A DNA stretch of 64,000 nt, taken from Candidatus Zixiibacteriota bacterium. Its GTDB lineage: Bacteria; Zixibacteria; MSB-5A5; GN15; JAAZOE01. The stretch covers positions 89,132 through 153,131 of the forward strand of contig JBDREQ010000020.1 of the NCBI GenBank assembly GCA_043819555.1, written 5' to 3'. The translations under genes were made by a program, and so were the position numbers. Below the pieces are notes generated by a model that was not told where the DNA came from, made no database searches, and worked only from the letters and a program-made list of their open reading frames with translations. Below, one piece after another: positions 49,711 through 57,886 of the stretch (position 1 is its first letter; each line of letters begins with the position of its first letter).

Positions 49711-50184
49711 ATGAGCGGTAATGATGCAAGACAGGATTGCCTTGAGTTAATGGAAGCAACTGATATTATGTACTTGTCAACTATCGGAGAAGGCGGTTTC
49801 CCTTACATAAGAGGCGTTATGAATCTAAGAAATAGCAAAAATTACCCCGACCTGGTCGAAGTATTTAACCAACATCGCAATGACTTTCAAGTGTACATTA
49901 CGACTAGAACATCCTCCAACAAGGTCAAACAAATCTCAGCCAATAATGCAGTCAGTGTTTACTATTGCGACCCTGGAAAATACCAGGGTTTAATGTTGGC
50001 AGGTCAAGCAGAAATTGTCTCAGATTCGAAAATGAAGCATAGGCTATGGCAGGATGATTGGAGAGCATTTTTCCCAGATGGCAAGAATGACCCCGACTAT
50101 TCGATCATTCGTATTAAACCCGCATTTGCACAAGGTTGGTGGGAGTCTGCAACCTTCAGATTCGAATTGGCTGGAAGAATATGA
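49711..50184 (+). CDS. Pyridoxamine 5'-phosphate oxidase-like FMN-binding protein (general stress protein 26 type)
   Basis: MYLSTIGEGGFPYIR, TTRTSSNKVKQI, GLMLAGQAEIV, LWQDDW..FFPDGKNDPDY. Confidence 0.88.
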   Translation: MSGNDARQDCLELMEATDIMYLSTIGEGGFPYIRGVMNLRNSKNYPDLVEVFNQHRNDFQVYITTRTSSNKVKQISANNAVSVYYCDPGKYQGLMLAGQAEIVSDSKMKHRLWQDDWRAFFPDGKNDPDYSIIRIKPAFAQGWWESATFRFELAGRI

Positions 50185-50623
50185 AGAAGCAACCTGAAGG
50201 CGGATTTCTGATAGGCAAGATACATCGACTGGCACAGAGGATACTCACAAGAAAACTCAAAGACTATCAAATCAATCTTATCAATCCAGCTCAGGGCGAA
50301 TAATGTTTGTGGTGTGGCGGAAAGATGGTCTTTCAATTAGCGATCTTGCCAGAGAGACATCTCTTGGCAAATCAACTTTAACAAGCATGCTCGACCGTCT
50401 GGAGAAAGCAGGTCATCTAAAACGCATTCCTTCGCAGGATGATCGTCGAAAACTGTTAATCAGGCGCACCAGGAAAGACAGGGCGGCTGAGGAAACATAT
50501 AAGGCGGTATCAAAGAAAATGACTAAGCTATTTTATAATGGTTTTTCGAAATATGACATTGATCAATTTGAAAGATACTTAAAAAGAGTATTAGACAATC
50601 TCACATCTTCTGATCAGCATTGA
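50181..50623 (+). pseudogene. MarR-family regulator split by a 1-bp deletion
   Basis: 50181-50303 reads MKKQPEGGFLIGKIHRL...INPAQGE*; 50303-50623 continues MFVVW..DGLSISDLARETSLGKSTLTSMLDRLE...DDRR. Restoring one base gives NPAQGRIMFV. Confidence 0.85.
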
Positions 50624-50699
50624 TATGATGTTTTTACTGCCGCACGAACTGTGTTATGTCTGATGTCTTATGAAGTTTATTTTCAGAAAGGAGTTATTC

Positions 50700-51308
50700 A
50701 TGGGTAAGGTAGGTCTTGTCAATAACATGAGTCGCAGGAAGTTTGTCGCTGCAATAATGCCTGCGTGCGGACTTTCATGTTTAGGTTTTGCAGATTTATT
50801 AGCAAGTGGAGGAACAGAAATGTCGGATCAGGAGGAACCCAAGATGCATAAATTTCAAAAGGACTATTGTCAAACCTATGAGAAGGCGTTCGAGTGGCGG
50901 TATGGATACTACATCGAATACATGGAACGGTTTGCCGAATATCTTGGCCGGGATAATTTAATCCGGATGATCAAACGGGCAGTCGACGATAGTAACCCGC
51001 CTGCCCAAACTGCCGACCCTGATTTTTCCTTTAGCAAATGGGTTAAGGGGGGCAAAGACGTATATAAGAATATGATGACTTGGGACATAGTTGAGGAATC
51101 GGAAACTGTCTACGAAATGAAGGTCTCGGAATGCCTATGGTGGAAGATATTCAAAGAACACAATGCTACCGATATAGGCTATGCGTCCGTTTGCTACACG
51201 GACTTCTCGTATTGCCGGATGGTTCATCCAAAACTTAGGCTGGAACGCACCAAGTCACTGATGGAAGGGCATGACTGCTGTAACCATCGCTGGATCTTTG
51301 AAGGCTGA
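50700..51308 (+). CDS. L-2-amino-thiazoline-4-carboxylate hydrolase-like protein with Tat-like signal
   Basis: SRRKFV twin-Arg-like leader; ECLWW, IGYASVCYTD, LERTKSLMEGHDCCNHRW. Confidence 0.8.
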   Translation: MGKVGLVNNMSRRKFVAAIMPACGLSCLGFADLLASGGTEMSDQEEPKMHKFQKDYCQTYEKAFEWRYGYYIEYMERFAEYLGRDNLIRMIKRAVDDSNPPAQTADPDFSFSKWVKGGKDVYKNMMTWDIVEESETVYEMKVSECLWWKIFKEHNATDIGYASVCYTDFSYCRMVHPKLRLERTKSLMEGHDCCNHRWIFEG

Positions 51309-51404
51309 GTTTCAATTGAAAGAGACCATATTGATTAGTGGCCGATGCGAAGGTGATTTGCCTGGAATACGGATCACGGATGATCTATATCAGGTCGTCG
51401 AGTG

Positions 51405-51564
51405 TCGGGTTATGAGCCTGTACAGAAGTCCAAATAGTAGAAAGCACCAGACACTAAGAGGCAATAATAGCAACAACTTAGCTTGAGCCTTTTGTCTGGT
51501 GTTTCTCTTATTATCTGGTGTTTTGGCTAATTCTGTTAGAAAAATGTTAGAAAGAGGTGTATGT
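51405..51564. repeat. 160-bp direct repeat, copy 1 (att-like; core matches tRNA-Met anticodon arm)
   Basis: About 10 differences by eye from 55809-55969; begins TCGGGTTATGAGCC (minus strand GGCTCATAACCCGA). Confidence 0.92.
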
Positions 51565-51762
51565 ATTCTTGGAGACTTATATCGACTAATGGCAGCGACA
51601 TTTTGTACTTCAGACACATAAAATTCCCAAATTATTGAATAACTCTATGATTTGCCTCCATTCATCTTGTTATTGATAAAATCCAATAATATATTATATT
51701 TAAACAGCTTAATGACTCTGGGAAACAGTCAGTGGCAATTAAGTTTATCCCAGGAGGTACAT

Positions 51763-54700
51763 ATGCTCAAGCGTTATCTATTATTTGTTTCAATAACAAT
51801 TTCACTTATTTTTGTTTTCATCGTTTCAAATGCTTTTGCCGAGCTGAAGGAGGAATGGCACATTCATTATACCTCCGAAGCTGACATCGAAGATTATGAG
51901 GTAGACCAGAATGGTAATATCTACCTGGTCGGGTGGGATCGGGAGCCTGGCAGCTGCACCGATTGGTTTATTCTAAGCTACGACGCCAGTGGCGAATTCA
52001 GATGGATGAAAACATATGATGGTCCGGACGATCCGGCCGTTGATTCTCTGAGTGACTCCCATACGGACGATGCATTGGAGGTGGAGATCGGACCCAATGG
52101 CATGATCTATGTCGCCGGCCGCTCATCAATATATATAGCAGGAAGCGAATACCCCGATGATCTGTACGGTTATCCCATGATCATTGGCTATTCATCCCTT
52201 GGTTCCCGTGTCTTTGAGGCGTTTCCTGAGGGAGACCCCGATGGCAATCTCGCCATGAACTACAACCAACACACCGATATGCTTGTAGATAACAACGGCT
52301 TCGCTCATTTCAATTTTGGCGGCGTGGCGATCTCTACTCAAGCGGGAGAGGCTACATTCTTGTATGATACCGACGAGATCAGTAATGGGGCTTTTAAGAA
52401 GTGGCATTCTCTACTGGGTGTGGATGGAGTCGGCAACAACTACTACGCAGGATATGATAATACGGACGAGGGTAGATTCGCCGGCCTAGTAAAACTGTCC
52501 CCATTTGGGGGGGTTGTGTGGAAGACGATGACGGACCTGGGCATACGATCATGGTGCATGGCCGTGGATCATATCGGCCATGCATATGTCACAACCAGTA
52601 CAACACTGACTTATACAGGCGGACTGATACACAAGTTCGGTCTGGGAGGCGGTATTGAATACAGTATACCGGTGCCGTTGGACCAGGCTATTTATCAGAT
52701 GAAGTGCGATAATGCCGGTCATTTGATAATAAACGTGCAAGGACATCTCTATGTCTACTTATCTGACAACGGTGCCCTTCTGTGGGACGTGCCCAACGCG
52801 TACTTTTTCCAATTGGGGCCGGAGGGCGACATCTATGTATCAGGCATTAACGGTGAGACGGCCCGCAGGTTCAAACCCGACGGCACCATGCTATGGAGAG
52901 CCAGTGACATTACTCTATATAACGGGGATAATATTTATCAATCCCAATTCCGAGTAGCCGAGAATGGCTGCATCTATCAGGCAGGATTTGGGGGAAGCGA
53001 AATATGGATAGAGAAACTCTCCCAGCCAAAAGTTTTCACAATCAAAGATATCAACAACGACACGATTCCGTACGCTAAATTTACGATGATGAAGGTCACC
53101 AACGATAAGCCGGATTACACCGAAGACACGCTTGGTACGTTTGAAACCGATTCACTGGGCAATTTCCTGTGTGACTATCTTGGCGTTGACAGTTTTCTCT
53201 TTGTAACTGATGAATATGATATTGAACCGGATACTATCGTAATCGGCGATACTCTTAAATTCTCTCGTTTGGTAACCGACTTAGCCGCAGTGAAGCACTC
53301 CAGTGGGTTAGGGACAATGTACAGTCTACATCTGGACAATATCAAGTTCGATGAATTGGGCGCACTTGAGTTCGACACCCTTGATGGTGTGCGGCAGGAG
53401 ATCTTTATGGATCACACCGAAATCCGCTATAACCTTCTGGTCTCGGTCGAGTGGGATGCGTCATGGTGGTATCTGGCCGGTTTGCAGGAGAATTTCCGTA
53501 GCATGTCGAATTACCTGTACGATGTCACCGATGGTCAGATGCGCGTGGATACGGTAATGATTTATGACAACGCCGACCACTGGCTGGAGGCCGATATATG
53601 GAGATACGCCAGCAATATGGAGCATGCGCGGGCCAATGCAAATGGAATATACAGGGTCAACGATGGCAAAGTGTTCATGCCCCGCATATGGTATTATGAT
53701 GTTAGAAACCGCAGTTACTACGACCATCCGATAGACATCGATGAACCAATTGATTACCGTACCCAAGCACACGAGTTTGGCCATTACGCCTTGGATTTCT
53801 ATGATGAATACTTGTATCTGGATCCAACCGATCCCGATTCTGGATCGTTCGTGAACGATCCTTCTCTCCGCTGCCCTCAAGTTGCCATGTACGGGTTCAT
53901 GCAAAGTCAGTTTCCGGGCGCCGATCCGTACCGATCTGAAATGTCGAGTATTCTTCACTATCAGGAGACCGCTTGTAAGAACACCGTGCAGTTCAGGCTG
54001 AACAATTCGTCCTGCTGGGATCATCTGGAGTCTATGTTTGAGCGTCTCTACGAAGCGGACACTTTTTACGTGCCGATCATCATGGCCACCGATTCGGCTC
54101 GGGCCTCGTACCCCGGTTCACCTTACTGCCCGGGTCCGAACAATGACCTGATCAGCGCCGATGCGCTTGACTACGACGTCGGCGCCAAGATCGTGTTCCC
54201 GATCTCACCATCCTCGCCCGCCGTCGGCATAATGGATGTCGACGCGGAGATCCGGCAGGGAGGGAAGCTCGTGCCCAACGCCGAGGTTGATCTCTACAAA
54301 CCTAACATTGATATGACCTGGCGTACAATCAAGCAGGGGAAGACGGCTGACAACGCGAGGATCATAGTCCTTGGGGCAAAGGCCGGTGACGAGATACGGT
54401 CGGGTGGAACCAGAATTGTGTTGACCAAATCAACGCAGGCTACTCAGGAGGAGTGGCTCTACGGTTCAGCGGTTGTGGATAGCGACAGTCTGACTGTTGA
54501 TCTGGCGGCGGTTGACGGTTATTTCCCTATGATATGCGAAGTGGTCTTGAGCGATACTTCCGGAACGTACCGCCTGGTAAATCAGACTGATTTCCCGTTG
54601 GAGCCGTCATTGATTTATCGACCATCAGGTGGCGGCGAGTATGCTTACGGCCCGACTTCAATTACTGATGGATATGAAGTCTTTATCGAGGAACGTTCTG

Positions 54701-55512
54701 GTATTTATGGAACAATCACAGTTGAAGCTGAAGATAATTCAGCCAATAACTTCTTTTTTATAAATGATTACACTTTTGCAGAATTTACGCCCGGCGCTGC
54801 GAAAATCGAGTTATTTGGACCTTCGGGTGGGTCACAGATTCTCTTTAATGATAGCAACGAGACTATGGAACAGGCAATGTTCCTGAGTTCACCTTATACA
54901 ATAATTAGAACCGGTTTGACAGAAGCCAATATCCAGGCGAGTAAGACTCACTGCTTATCGGTCTATCCCAATGATGCCATGACTGGCAACGGTCTCTTCC
55001 GAGTCCTTTATTCGGAGGCCGATATTATTCAACGGGGCGGGTCTGCGGATGATGAAACTTCATTAAAAATATTCAGGTGGGCCGATGCGACCACCGGCTG
55101 GCAAGAGGTCGGTGGCTCAGTTGACACAGTCTTCAATCAGGTGGTCGAGACAGTCTCGGAACCGGGCGTTTACGCCGCCTTCACGACCGATGCTTCGGTT
55201 GATGTCGATGACGAATGTGGAGACAACTTGCCGTATCGGTTCGAGCTGTCACAGAATTACCCAAACCCATTCAATCCTGTGACGACTATAAGTTACAGTT
55301 TGCCGAGGAAATCGGCTGTTTCAATTGAGATATTTAATATCCTTGGACAGAAAGTCAAAACGCTGATTGATGAGACCAAACCGGCCGGTGATTATCAGAT
55401 AACTTGGGATGGTAATGATTCCAATGGCGCTAAAGTCTCAACAGGTATTTATTTCTACCGCTTTCAGGCTGGAGATTTTGTCGAAACGAAGAAGATGATA
55501 CTCTTGAAATAA
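51763..55512 (+). CDS. Secreted multidomain protein: beta-propeller, CLCA-like HExxH metalloprotease and FlgD/T9SS-type C-terminal domain
   Basis: AGGAGG RBS and signal peptide; VDQNGNIYLVG-type blades; SNYLYDVTDGQMR, AHEFGHYALDFYDEY, SCW; C-terminal LSQNYPNPFNP...STGIYFYRF...KKMILLK. Confidence 0.85.
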   Translation: MLKRYLLFVSITISLIFVFIVSNAFAELKEEWHIHYTSEADIEDYEVDQNGNIYLVGWDREPGSCTDWFILSYDASGEFRWMKTYDGPDDPAVDSLSDSHTDDALEVEIGPNGMIYVAGRSSIYIAGSEYPDDLYGYPMIIGYSSLGSRVFEAFPEGDPDGNLAMNYNQHTDMLVDNNGFAHFNFGGVAISTQAGEATFLYDTDEISNGAFKKWHSLLGVDGVGNNYYAGYDNTDEGRFAGLVKLSPFGGVVWKTMTDLGIRSWCMAVDHIGHAYVTTSTTLTYTGGLIHKFGLGGGIEYSIPVPLDQAIYQMKCDNAGHLIINVQGHLYVYLSDNGALLWDVPNAYFFQLGPEGDIYVSGINGETARRFKPDGTMLWRASDITLYNGDNIYQSQFRVAENGCIYQAGFGGSEIWIEKLSQPKVFTIKDINNDTIPYAKFTMMKVTNDKPDYTEDTLGTFETDSLGNFLCDYLGVDSFLFVTDEYDIEPDTIVIGDTLKFSRLVTDLAAVKHSSGLGTMYSLHLDNIKFDELGALEFDTLDGVRQEIFMDHTEIRYNLLVSVEWDASWWYLAGLQENFRSMSNYLYDVTDGQMRVDTVMIYDNADHWLEADIWRYASNMEHARANANGIYRVNDGKVFMPRIWYYDVRNRSYYDHPIDIDEPIDYRTQAHEFGHYALDFYDEYLYLDPTDPDSGSFVNDPSLRCPQVAMYGFMQSQFPGADPYRSEMSSILHYQETACKNTVQFRLNNSSCWDHLESMFERLYEADTFYVPIIMATDSARASYPGSPYCPGPNNDLISADALDYDVGAKIVFPISPSSPAVGIMDVDAEIRQGGKLVPNAEVDLYKPNIDMTWRTIKQGKTADNARIIVLGAKAGDEIRSGGTRIVLTKSTQATQEEWLYGSAVVDSDSLTVDLAAVDGYFPMICEVVLSDTSGTYRLVNQTDFPLEPSLIYRPSGGGEYAYGPTSITDGYEVFIEERSGIYGTITVEAEDNSANNFFFINDYTFAEFTPGAAKIELFGPSGGSQILFNDSNETMEQAMFLSSPYTIIRTGLTEANIQASKTHCLSVYPNDAMTGNGLFRVLYSEADIIQRGGSADDETSLKIFRWADATTGWQEVGGSVDTVFNQVVETVSEPGVYAAFTTDASVDVDDECGDNLPYRFELSQNYPNPFNPVTTISYSLPRKSAVSIEIFNILGQKVKTLIDETKPAGDYQITWDGNDSNGAKVSTGIYFYRFQAGDFVETKKMILLK

Positions 55513-55537
55513 CGGAATTTTTAATTAAGAACATATG

Positions 55538-55563
55538 GGACAGAGTAAAAATCTGTCCCTTTT
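55538..55563 (+). terminator. Intrinsic terminator
   Basis: GGGACAGA-gtaaaaa-TCTGTCCC followed by TTTTT. Confidence 0.8.
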
Positions 55564-55775
55564 CTTTGTCCATAAAATCCCAATAGATTCTTATTGTTAG
55601 AACATAGTTAGAAAATCAGAGATTTATGCAATTGTCAGAATATACTTAGCGACCCAACGCGTTGAATTTCATGTGCATAGAATTGACTGATTGAATTCAT
55701 GACCTTCGGGCTGGTAACCTTAACAGAATTTGGGTGCCATGATGGCGTGTAACTTGTTGTATAATAACCGGTTAT

Positions 55776-55822
55776 TTGTAACGGGGGCAGGGTTTGAACC
55801 TGCGACCTTCGGGTTATGAGCC
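55776..55822 (-). other. 3' half of an initiator-type tRNA-Met (att-site fragment, not a full tRNA)
   Basis: Minus strand GGCTCATAACCCGAAGGTCGCAGGTTCAAACCCTGCCCCCGTTACAA: CAT anticodon loop, T-arm GGTTCAAA, acceptor 3' strand; no D-arm or 5' acceptor strand upstream. Confidence 0.88.
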
Positions 55823-55969
55823 TGTACATTAGTCCAAACAGTAGAAAGCACCAGATATTAAGAGGTAATAATAGCAACAACTTAGCTTGAGCCTTTTGTC
55901 TGGTGTTTTCTCTTATTATCTGCTGTTTTGGCTGATTATGTTAGAAAAATGTTAGAAAGAGGTGTATGT
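55809..55969. repeat. 161-bp direct repeat, copy 2 (att-like)
   Basis: Matches 51405-51564 and overlaps the tRNA-Met fragment. Confidence 0.92.
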
Positions 55970-55973
55970 TAAA

Positions 55974-56306
55974 ATGGATAACAATAGCCCAGTTAAAGAA
56001 GACGATGAACATATTGAGAATCGCCAGCCTATATACATCCCACACATAAAAGAACGATTCGAATTCGAGATTCATTATAGACTTGTTATCATTTCCTTGC
56101 CGATCCTTATGGTTGGCATCTTTTCAAGTAATTACATAAACACTGTCATAGGTATCATAGCCGGAATCATCTCGGCACTATTATACAGGTATTATGCTTC
56201 AATGCCGATCGAGTTTGAGGAATTCTCATCTAAAAGAACAAATGCTAATTCGAACGGGGATTCTGATATGTTTTTGAAGAAACTCAACGATTCGGTAGAG
56301 AACTAA
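55974..56306 (+). CDS. Small hypothetical protein with two TM helices
   Basis: LVIISLPILMVGIF and VIGIIAGIISALLY hydrophobic segments; followed by a terminator. Confidence 0.55.
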   Translation: MDNNSPVKEDDEHIENRQPIYIPHIKERFEFEIHYRLVIISLPILMVGIFSSNYINTVIGIIAGIISALLYRYYASMPIEFEEFSSKRTNANSNGDSDMFLKKLNDSVEN

Positions 56307-56336
56307 GTGAGGCAATAAGATATTAAGTAGCAATTG

Positions 56337-56364
56337 GGAGCTGTCATCTTACAGCTCCTTTTTT
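56337..56364 (+). terminator. Intrinsic terminator
   Basis: GGAGCTGT-catctt-ACAGCTCC followed by a T run. Confidence 0.8.
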
Positions 56365-56473
56365 CTTATAGAATCTTGCCTTTTTAGGCAATTGATAATC
56401 TCCTCCAAGAATCTAAGCTGGAATGTGAATGAATCAAACATAGCACATTCACAATCCAAACCAGGAGGTTATC

Positions 56474-57547
56474 ATGCCTACAAATCTGTATGATGCACAT
56501 CGGCAATGGGCTTCGCGCCCGCCGGATGAACGATTCAGTAGTCTTGAGACTCTACAGAGTTTCACCGATGCTCGCAAAAGCTCTTCTATCGAAGCAGAGC
56601 GAGTTCTGAAAATGGTTGATCTAAAGGTATTGCCGGGAGGATCAATCGCAGTGAACGGCAATTCACCGCCTGCCGATTTATCGAATTGGGCATTTGGACA
56701 ACTTTGCTATTCAGTCGGAGCACCGGCCAAATATCTTCGCACACTTCCGGCTGATATGGCTAGAGATTGCCTATCACACGGACTCGGCAAGTCAGGACAA
56801 CGCTGCAAATTGCTTCTAAGAGAGAATTCTGAGGATTCCGATACTCAACCCCAGAGGACGGCCTCTGCCTTCACAGGACCCAATTATGGGCGAATTTGGG
56901 ACGCAGACGTGGTTCAACAGATCACCGAGGCAACTCAGAATAGCGGCTGGCATACCCCACCTTCCGAATCAATGACCGGATCGGAAAACAGTGGTCTTTA
57001 CGCTTCCGACAGGGATATGTTTATTTTCATGGTAAACGACGAGAATCAGGTAGAAATAGGCAATGCCAAGCTTGGCCGAGGATTCTTTTGCTGGAACTCC
57101 GAAACTGGAGCCGCCAGCTTCGGACTGACTACTTTCCTCTACAACTATGTGTGTGGTAATCACATTGTTTGGGGGGCCGAGGAAGTCCGTGAAATACGGA
57201 TAGTTCACAAAGGCGAAGCTCTTGACCGTTTTCACAACCTTGCCTTACCCCGGCTGAATCAGTTTGTCGAGAACCAAGCCTACGACGATACGGTCAAAAC
57301 CACCGTGTCACGAGCAATGTCAGAGTCAATTGCCAACGACTTGGAAAAGACTCTGGAATGGTTCAAAGACAAGCCGTTCACCAAATCCGAGGTTAAGAAT
57401 GCCTGGGAAACTGGAATCGCCGAAGAAAACGATGTGACCACAGTTTGGGGAATGGTTCAGGGGCTGACGGCCTCTGCCCGATCACTTCCATACACAAATT
57501 GGCGTGTCAATCTCGAACGCCGGGCTGGCACCCTCTTAAACCTCTAG
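56474..57547 (+). CDS. DUF932-family (phage/plasmid-associated) protein
   Basis: QWASRPPDERFSSL, WAFGQLC..VGAPAKYLRTLPA, YGRIWD, LYASDRDMFIF, RGFFCWNSETG, YVCGNHIVWG; AGGAGG RBS. Confidence 0.8.
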   Translation: MPTNLYDAHRQWASRPPDERFSSLETLQSFTDARKSSSIEAERVLKMVDLKVLPGGSIAVNGNSPPADLSNWAFGQLCYSVGAPAKYLRTLPADMARDCLSHGLGKSGQRCKLLLRENSEDSDTQPQRTASAFTGPNYGRIWDADVVQQITEATQNSGWHTPPSESMTGSENSGLYASDRDMFIFMVNDENQVEIGNAKLGRGFFCWNSETGAASFGLTTFLYNYVCGNHIVWGAEEVREIRIVHKGEALDRFHNLALPRLNQFVENQAYDDTVKTTVSRAMSESIANDLEKTLEWFKDKPFTKSEVKNAWETGIAEENDVTTVWGMVQGLTASARSLPYTNWRVNLERRAGTLLNL

Positions 57548-57562
57548 AATCGCACCTTCCAC

Positions 57563-57593
57563 AAGAGCTTGAATAAACTTCAAGCTCTTTTTT
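57563..57593 (+). terminator. Intrinsic terminator
   Basis: AAGAGCTTGAA-taaac-TTCAAGCTCTT followed by TTTT. Confidence 0.8.
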
Positions 57594-57699
57594 AATACCA
57601 ATATAGTCTGGTATTAAGATGTTTCTCTTGCCTTTTTGACCACATTTTAGTTATATTTGTAACAATTTCAATCCCATCAGAAACGAGATTGAGGTATTT

Positions 57700-57870
57700 A
57701 TGCCAAGAAAGAAATTGCCGGAAAAGCGGGAGCGGATGATTCACATTCGACTTACTGATGATCTACATAAGAAGCTGAAGATCGAGATAGCTGAGAAATG
57801 CCAGACTATACAAGATTGGGTTACTGAGTCAATCGAGATTCGACTTTCTAAGAGCAAAAGAATCAAGTAG
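57700..57870 (+). CDS. Small ribbon-helix-helix DNA-binding protein (56 aa, not in the ORF track)
   Basis: GAGGT RBS; MPRKKLPEKRERMIHIRLTDDLHKKLKIEIAEKCQTIQDWVTESIEIRLSKSKRIK*, with an RHH strand-helix-helix pattern. Confidence 0.75.
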   Translation: MPRKKLPEKRERMIHIRLTDDLHKKLKIEIAEKCQTIQDWVTESIEIRLSKSKRIK

Positions 57871-57886
57871 GGGTGTCTAGTTCAAT

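Noticed and set aside
51390..51617. Paralogous small ORFs at 51390-51617 and 55635-55880
   Set aside because: Their similarity comes from the non-coding att repeat and tRNA fragment, not from a protein family.
55776..55850. Complete tRNA-Met gene
   Set aside because: The 5' half (acceptor 5' strand and D-arm) is missing; only the anticodon-to-3' portion is present.
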